Part shown: piece by piece, positions 56,442-64,000 of the stretch
How positions within the stretch are numbered: position 1 is the stretch's first letter
Layout: every line of letters starts with the position of its first letter
Source of the DNA: Ramazzottius varieornatus
Lineage: Eukaryota; Animalia; Tardigrada
Assembly (NCBI GenBank): GCA_001949185.1
Contig: BDGG01000003.1
Span: 3,083,158-3,147,157 of the forward strand
Direction of reading: 5' to 3'
Length of the DNA stretch: 64,000 nt
The notes under the pieces: model-generated
Told to the model about the DNA's origin: nothing
The model's input: the letters and a program-made list of their open reading frames with translations, nothing else
The model's database searches: none
Translations under genes and position numbers: made by a program

Positions 56442-59400
56442 ATGATCCTACTATACGTTTTCAAACTTGCACCTTTGCTTTTGGCCGTGCGGATATCTGG
56501 AACCTTCGCCCAAGAGTTGGCTCTTGACACCAATGATGGGTTCACCGATTTCGACCAACCAGATGTTGGTGATGTCGGTGATGGAGCATACGACATGTCG
56601 ATGGACTTTACCGGTATGTTCACCCGAGGAGACTCGAGGAGAAGGAAAGTGCTTCCGGTGCACTGATCATAACATATGTTTGATCGCTATTTACAGGAGT
56701 CCGGACTCCTTCGGCTTCGGTGAGTGCAGCTCCGACTATTCAGCCATCCCAGTCCACGACAAGTCTTCCTCCCCTCAGAACTACAGGAAGTCCACCGAGA
56801 AATATCCAGAATGGAACCCTTGATGCTAACTTCGCCGGGAACTACACAAGAAACTCCACAAGCAGCACCAGCGTGTTCCCGAACATGACGACCACGATTC
56901 CTCCACGAATACTGTATGCCAAGTCTTTTCCTCTTCGGCCAAAAGCAGCAGTCATCCTTACTGTTGGTAAGTGAATGAAGAAAAGGTCATCATCCTCTGA
57001 ACGCAACATTGCGCCTCCGTTTGTTTGTTAGGGACATCTACCGCTTATGATTACAACATTCTTGCTCCCGCCTTAGAAGTTGGTACGGTTTGTTGGAAGG
57101 ATACATGAGACGTCGGCAAATGCATATGCCCACATCGTTGTTCCAAGTGGCACACGTTTTCGTTGTAGTTGGCTGAGAGTGTGCGCCACTTGGGGTATAC
57201 ACTTGGGAAAACAATCTGGTTTCGTCTGTTTGGGGACCTCCCATACCAGGTTGCTAATTCTCTCTGCTAACGAGAACCTACCTGTAGCTTTCGCCCGTGC
57301 GGCGGTGGATTACAACGTGCACATGCGAGTGAAGAACTACTTGTATGAGGTGGACGAAAGTGGAGCGACCATCACCCCGGATGCCAGTCTGGGGAAGACT
57401 CAAGGTTGCTGGATGTGGAATGCGAGTGGCATGTCGGCGATGGCGGTGAACGACAGCGTGGATGTCGTGATCGGACCAGCATGTACCGACGACATGTAAG
57501 TGCCACATTCTTAACAAGGAACGACTTGCACCAAATATCCACTGTGACAAAATTTTCTGTTTTTGAAGGCGGGTGGTGAACGAGCTCTTGACATACTTTG
57601 CAGTTCCTTGCGTAACTGGCGCAGCCAACTTGGTCGACAGCACTTTTCAGTACAAGTACCTGACCCGAACGGGTTTCAGCACTTACGATATGTGGACATT
57701 TTTGGCTAAGATGATGGAGAACTATAAATGGACCAGTGTGTGCGTCATATACGATATCGACGTCATAGAGCTCAACGTCGAGGCGACAAGTAGGGGATCT
57801 CCTTTTGTTCATACTGAAAGATCCATGTTTAACAGCACAATCCTCCATTTCACGTCTTCTAGGCTTACTAAAGAACTCAAAGGAACATTCAATAGATGCG
57901 TACGACATTCGAATCAATGGAACGGAGTTCGAGGCTTTCGATTCCATCTCTGGTTGGCTGAAAGAATGCGGAGTCCGCTCTAGAGGTGGGATGTTCCGGC
58001 TCGAATCATTTAAGACGTGGGCAAATTGTTTGAACCAGATCATTTCCCTAATGTGGCGCACATTCTTGGCCAAGAACAACGAAAACGTGCACCACTTGAT
58101 ACGAGGATACGATCCAATCCATTTGCCCGCGTCCTGTTCTTCGTCAACTGACTTGTATTCGATATTTTACAGTGGTCGTTTTCGTCCTGAAAGGTATGTT
58201 AAGACAGAAGAAGCTTGGCAGAACTCTACTAATTCTTTTTACAATACTGCTGGCTGATGTTGTCGTACAGGCCCCTTGACGCGGCACTTTATGGTGCAAG
58301 CCGCTCGTGACGGTATGGTTAACGGGGAGTGGGTCTTTTACACCGCCGATCTCTTTTTGAACGATGTTCTCGGTGTGGCCGGAAACTGGAAACAGCGTAT
58401 GTTCATAACACAATTTTGGTGCGTGGTCCGCGAGATACCGATAATCGATTGGTTTGACAGGAGATGGATATGACAAGGAAGCCCTCTCGGCTTACCGCTT
58501 CTTATTCGTTCTTTCCATCAGGGACGTACGAAACAACTCCCAGTACAAGACGTTCCAAGCGCAGGTCCGTAACCGCGGAGCCGTAAAGTTCAACAAGTCA
58601 AAAGAGTCAATCGTCATCAACTACTACTCGGCGACCTTTCATGACGCCGTACTCCTCTTTGCCAAAGGCCTCAGGACCGCCTATGAGAATCCCATCCGTC
58701 CCAGGAGCTATGATGGACAGTTGCCGTTGTCAGTCAACACCGTGGTTCGGTGGACATGGAACAGTACTTTCCAGGGTGCCAGCGGCTTAGTGTAAGCTTG
58801 CAGTAGTCAAGTTTCATGATAATGTATTAATAATATACAGTATGCGAAATGGAGGCAAAGGAATTCACCCAAATCTCATCTCAAGTGGCGCACGTTTGCG
58901 ATGTTGGCGAACGAGAATGTGCGTTATGGAAAAACGATCTAGCGGAATTCAGTTGCCGACGTTCCTATTTTTTTGAAGAATTACGAGTGTACAATAACAG
59001 ATGAAATAGTGTTACTGCTATAATTGAATCGATAGGGGTTACGCTGTACCTAAAATCATGAACAGAAAGCAAAAATTCGACGTATCTGATTGTTCTTGTT
59101 CGAGTTAGAGCACGAATTTCCATCGGTACATGATCTTCTTGGAATTTCGACAGGTACATCAATCCGAAAGGTGATAGAGCAGACGACTTAACTATCTATC
59201 GGATGACGGACGAAATTCTTGGAACATTCTCTGTAAGCTTCCATGTACACTATTTACTGCAGATACTGCGACCGAAGTATCGAACTGCATTCATTACAAG
59301 CTCCATTGTGTATACCACTTTCAAAGACCGTAATTCACATCTAACGTAAAGTTCTAATATTGACATGCTCTTCAACATACTCTTCCACTTCAGGAGAAGC

Positions 59401-62280
59401 GGACAATTAACGACTATCCCTTGTTAGGTCGTGGCGGTGTATTACGGGAACGAAGGTGCCTACCGGGAGCTTCGATCGATCAACTGGCGAACCAGCGACG
59501 GGTTGCCACCGCTGAACGAGCCCGTGTGCGGTTACGAGAATACTCGCTGCGTCCAGATCACCTCGGCGGTCAGTATCGGTGGGAGCCTTGCGGGTCTTTT
59601 GATTTTGTGTCTACTGGGTGCCGGGATACGGTACTGCATCAAGCATCGTAATGTCAAGAGCAAGCACCATTCCGAGTGGTTGGCGGAATGGGAAGACATC
59701 ACAATGGACGCCTTGTCCACTCAATCCCGAATGTCGTTAAATAGTAACAGTAGCCTGTCCAAGCCTTCGCTACGATCGGACGACGACAGCGCCTCACGTC
59801 GCTCTAAAAAGAAACCTCCTCCTAGCAGTGGAAGGTATTGGGTGATGGGCAGACAAAATATACAAGACCGTCATCTCAAGTGGCGCATAACTTCATGGTT
59901 ACTGGCTGGAAGGGTGTGCCACTTAGGATGAAGACGAGCTTCCTCGCCTGGTCAGTTTTCCGGATGTTTCTCTGTGGTAGGCTTGCTTTCGGGACTTGGC
60001 AGGGAAGACTAGTGATGGTCACGTTGTGTGAGCCACACATTGTTAATCTCAAGAAAATGCTGTCAGAAGTGAAAGTTGTGAGGGGAATGTCTCACGACAA
60101 CATCCTGCACTTCTTAGGCGCCGTTGTTGGGCCGGATCATTACGCCGTCATCGGTGAATACTGCTCCAAAGGAACATTGCAGGTGCGAACATTCGTAAAC
60201 TGATCTATATTTCCGAATCAATTTCCGAATAAAACAAATAACCGTGGAACTTTTTGTAGGACTTGTTGGCGGATGAGACAGCTAAACTGGACTGGATCTT
60301 TCGCTACTCCTTGTTGAGCGATCTCGTCAAAGGTATAATTTACATCCATGGGAGCCCCCTAGCTGTTCATGGTCGGCTGACTTCTGCATGCTGTTACGTT
60401 GACGGGAAGTTCGTGCTGAAAGTTGGTAAGTATTAATCTATTCGAACTTGAAATTCGGTTTATTGTGATAGTATGTGGAGACGGTCAATTTGTTCTACCT
60501 TAGGGGACTATGGACTGCCTACAATGTACAAGCGAACTATACCGGCGGAGCTGACCTACCAGAACTACGTTTCCCTGTACTGGACGGCACCTGAGCTGCT
60601 TGACCGTCCTAACGGCCCTGGCACCCCCGAAGGAGACGTGTAAGGACGCTGTATACAGTATTTCAATAAATTTCTTGAATAATACCGTTATAATTACCTT
60701 GCATGAGTCTTCGTATGGATCGACAGGTACGCATACGGGATCATTTTGCAAGAAATCATTCTGAGAGAAGAGCCGTACTCTATGTACGAACTCGAACCCG
60801 AAGGTAAGTGCACCGCTTTTCCTTCTTTTTCGCTCGAGACCGATAAGTGTTTTAGGACCAATGGAATGTCAAATTTCCAGAAATCATCGCCAGGGTTCGA
60901 AACCCGGAAATATTCTTCCGACCGAATATCTCATCCACGGATGGTGCCCCCGGGTTGCTGTCCTTGATGGATCAGTGTCTCCAGCACGACCCGCTAGAAC
61001 GTCCGCGGTTCCCACAAGTCAGGACCAGTCTGAGGCAGATGACCAGGTAAGGAATAAGCGAAAGTAAAGTCTATCATCGCTCTATCAACGTATGAGAGGT
61101 TCTTTCAGAGGAGCGGTGGAGAAAAGCAATATCGTGGACCTTCTGATATCGAGAATGGAGCAGTATGCCGCCGACCTGGAGAGAAGTGTGGAGGAGAAGA
61201 CGAAAGCATTCCAGGAGGAGAAGAAGAAAACAGATGCTCTGCTGAACCAGATCTTACCGGCGTAAGTCATAACTCTTTGAAGTTGCCCAATCAGCTTTTC
61301 TATTTCCCGACTTCTGAGAACCATTTTCCTGTAGGTCCGTGGCGGAACGGTTGAAGAAGGGCGAAATGGTTCCACCAGAGTCCTTTGAAAGTGCGACCAT
61401 CTTCTTCAGTGATGCAAGTTTCGCGCCTGTAGAGTAGTTTTTCGGGTAGTTCTGTATCATTTGGCACTTTGTTTGGCTTACAGATCGTCGGGTTTCCGGC
61501 TTTGGCGCTAGAATCTAGTCCCACACAGATTGTGGAGTTTCTGAATGACTTATGTATGAGAACTGTTTTCCAAAGACCCCTATATGCTTCCCACGTTCAA
61601 ACGCCGTCTTTCAATTTTTTTAGATTCGTTGTTTGATGGGACGATGCCAAAGTTTGACGTCTACAAGGTCGAGACAATTCAGGATTCTTACATGGTGAGA
61701 CCCTGCATGTTCATAGAAAGAGAATGAAAATTGATAGATGGAGTAATTGCAGGTTGCCAGCGGACTCCCGAATCGGAATGGGCTTAATCATGCAAAGGAG
61801 CAGGCCTTGTTAGCGTTGACTTTGATGAGCCTCATCAAGTCCTTCAAGATCAAGCATCGCGACAACGAAACACCCAAACTACGCATTGGACTCAACACCG
61901 GTCCTGTGGTAGCTAGTGTCATTGGTCTGACGGTTCCTCGTTACTGCCTGTGAGTCCTCCGTTTTGTACGAGTACTGTAAGTACGGTAGGTGAACGAATG
62001 ATTATCTGTAGTTCTCGTGTTGTTTTCCTATAGGTTTGGTGACACGGTAAATACGGCCAGCAGAATGGAATCCACTGGCCAAGGCCTGAAAATACAGATT
62101 TCTCCAAGCACCAAAGCTATTCTGGACGGCTTTGGGACATTCAAGACCAAAGACCGCGGGGAAATTGAGGTGAAAGGGAAGGGTGTAATTCGAACGTATT
62201 GGCTCGTTGGACGAAGCAACCAGGAAGAGGAGGAGGAAGATGAACCACCGGTGGTCACTTTTACCGTCCCTGAAGCTTGA
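56442..62280 (+). CDS. Receptor (membrane) guanylyl cyclase, natriuretic-peptide-receptor-like, multi-exon
   Basis: Signal peptide; ANF-receptor domain ([22 protein letters not shown]); single TM; kinase-homology domain ([32 protein letters not shown]); hinge MEQYA..LE..VEEKT; cyclase FFSD|[29 protein letters not shown]. Confidence 0.95.
57132..57217. repeat. Palindromic mini-element with small right-arm duplication, in guanylyl cyclase intron
   Basis: ATCGTTGTTCCAAGTGGCACAC-N25-GTGCGCCACTTGGGGTATACACTTGGGAAAACAATCT. Confidence 0.8.
58037..58115. repeat. Palindromic mini-element in guanylyl cyclase intron
   Basis: AGATCATTTCCCTAATGTGGCGCAC-N25-GTGCACCACTTGA. Confidence 0.75.
58870..58940. 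repeat. Palindromic mini-element in guanylyl cyclase intron
   Basis: ATCTCAAGTGGCGCAC-N25-GTGCGTTATGGAAAAACGATCT. Confidence 0.75.
59865..59937. repeat. Palindromic mini-element in guanylyl cyclase intron
   Basis: AGACCGTCATCTCAAGTGGCGCAT-N25-GTGTGCCACTTAGGATGAAGA. Confidence 0.8.
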
Positions 62281-62515
62281 GGAATCTTCAGAAAGTCCGT
62301 CCATCCACGCACAGGCTTACAACCAGATATCTTTGTCAAACTAATTGACACCTCTTAATGTCTTTGCTCGTTCTTGGGAGTAATCTGGGCATCTTGTCTG
62401 TTTTTTCGTTGTTAGTCATTTCAAATTTCCGTTTTTCGACATGCTTTGTCCTTAATCGTCATCTGGTGTGAAACTTCCATGTACACGCACGATGGGTACA
62501 CGCAGGATTAGAAAT

Positions 62516-62810
62516 TGTGGTACAGTAAAAATCATGGGACAGGCCTTTTCGCTACTGCGGTACGGGAGCACGTACACTTTTCTACGGTCGAACCTTCATT
62601 TCGCCGTCCTTTCCGCCTATCCCACAATTTTTACTGTACCTTGATTTCTCGTCTTGCTTGTAATTATGTAACAGTCAGGAAGGATGGCAAAATGGAAATT
62701 CAACCGTAGAAAAGTGTTGAAAAGTACATTAGTACGAATCGGCCGTGTACGTACGTGCCTCGGTACCGCCGTGGCGAAAAGGCCTGTCCCAAGATTGTTA
62801 CTGTCCCATA
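62516..62810. mobile_element. ~295-bp foldback MITE
   Basis: Long imperfect TIRs TGGTACAGTAAAAATCATGGGACAGGCCTTTTCGC / (rc) TGGGACAGTAACAATCTTGGGACAGGCCTTTTCGC; second partial copy at 54461. Confidence 0.8.
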
Positions 62811-64000
62811 TTTAATTTAAGGCTTAAGAATGTACGGGGAAGAAAGTTTATAACGTTCTTTCGCCAACGAAAACAAATCGGTCAAACCTACTCAGAAAAA
62901 TGTCGTGAACAATTCTTGTGCTTGCATGACCCCCCAAATTCCCCATAGGAAGCGAGATCCACAGATCACGCGACCAGAAACCCGAACCCATGAAAAATGG
63001 GTACTGACCCATGAACAAAAACGTCCCTAATAAACCCAACAGTCTCCCTGCCTTGAGTAAGGCTCTTGATTAAGTTACCCCAGCCTGAAGTTACCCCAGC
63101 CTGCTGCGTTAACACCCGACACCCGTCCCCTCGAGCACCGAGCCAGGAAACGACTAGATATTTACCCATCGTGCGTGTACGTACTGTATTTTCTCCCAGA
63201 GTTGGTGTACGTCACTCGAGCGGAACTAACACTGATGCGGACGATAGTCATGCGTCATCACCAGCCTAGCCGGATCGCTAGTTCGTCAGAAAGAAAAGCT
63301 GATTTCACGATAGCAGGTTGCACCTGGATTTTAAGCCAATTTCATGGCCTGTTTTGGTCAAAAATCTGCCAAAATCAGATAGAAAGCTGACTAGACGCTG
63401 ATTACGAGCTCAGTCAAATCAGATTTCGTGCGTAGGACCCGTGAGTGGAGGACTTTAGAGCAGGCACCAAGAACCCGACTGGGCTGGCAGTGTTAACATC
63501 ACTCGAGTGACGTACACAAATTTTGAGAGGTATGTACTGTATTCCCTCAATAGTTCTGCGAATTATGTCATCATGCCAGTAAATTACACCCGCACTGGTA
63601 TCGCTGATTGTTTGATTGTCGCCCATCATTACACTGGACTGGAGAGCAGTCTTTGATTGAAGGTATAGTTACTTTCTGTTCCCCGCCGGATGATATTTAC
63701 CACGACAGTCACGTGATTCGCAGAACTTTCGAGGGAACACAGTAATACGGTATGGAATCTGTGCATTGCGTTTGTGACTGGTAAAATAGCTGATACTGTA
63801 TTCTCTCCGGAAATTCAAAAGGTGAAACTGCAGATATGGTCGGTAGGCGGTGGCTCATACGATTGAAACAGCTGTGACGCCACAAGATTCAATCAATCCA
63901 ATCAATCTGGAGAGTTCACATTTTGCTTGGTTCAGTTATGAAATCAGCTGTTCAGTGAATGACTCGCACAGACTAATAGTATTTTGTCCGACTGCGCTGA

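Noticed and set aside
57372-58079. Long antisense ORFs over coding exons (also 20603-20998, 25378-25761, 37972-38295)
   Set aside because: Shadow frames of real genes on the opposite strand.

Overview
Compact, intron-rich animal genomic DNA. Most introns are about 60-250 nt and GT-AG. The gene density and gene-family mix (divergent rhodopsin-like GPCR, receptor guanylyl cyclase, divergent nuclear receptor) suggest a small-genome ecdysozoan such as a tardigrade; this is inference only. About 15 multi-exon genes can be spliced by hand: ETFRF1/LYRM5, MRPL28, VPS52, a secreted EndoU, an mGluR-like class C GPCR, a nuclear receptor with a decaying tandem pseudogene copy, a CLAMP/CFAP119-like protein, an NGF-family neurotrophin, a GH18 chitinase, tafazzin, mitochondrial EF-Tu (EF-Tu2 type), an IPNS-like 2OG-Fe(II) dioxygenase, a p130Cas/BCAR1 adaptor, an orphan class A GPCR and a receptor guanylyl cyclase. 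Mobile DNA includes a full-length DD34E Tc1 element whose transposase gene has three spliceosomal introns, and several TA-flanked, MULE-like or foldback MITEs, two of them nested. The most striking unexplained structure is a ~73-bp palindromic mini-element: 24-bp arms AGATCGTTWTCYCAAGTGGCGCAC around a divergent spacer of nearly fixed length (25 bp). It occurs at least 17 times, mostly one per intron and mainly in signalling/receptor genes. All exon boundaries and family calls were made by eye without database searches.
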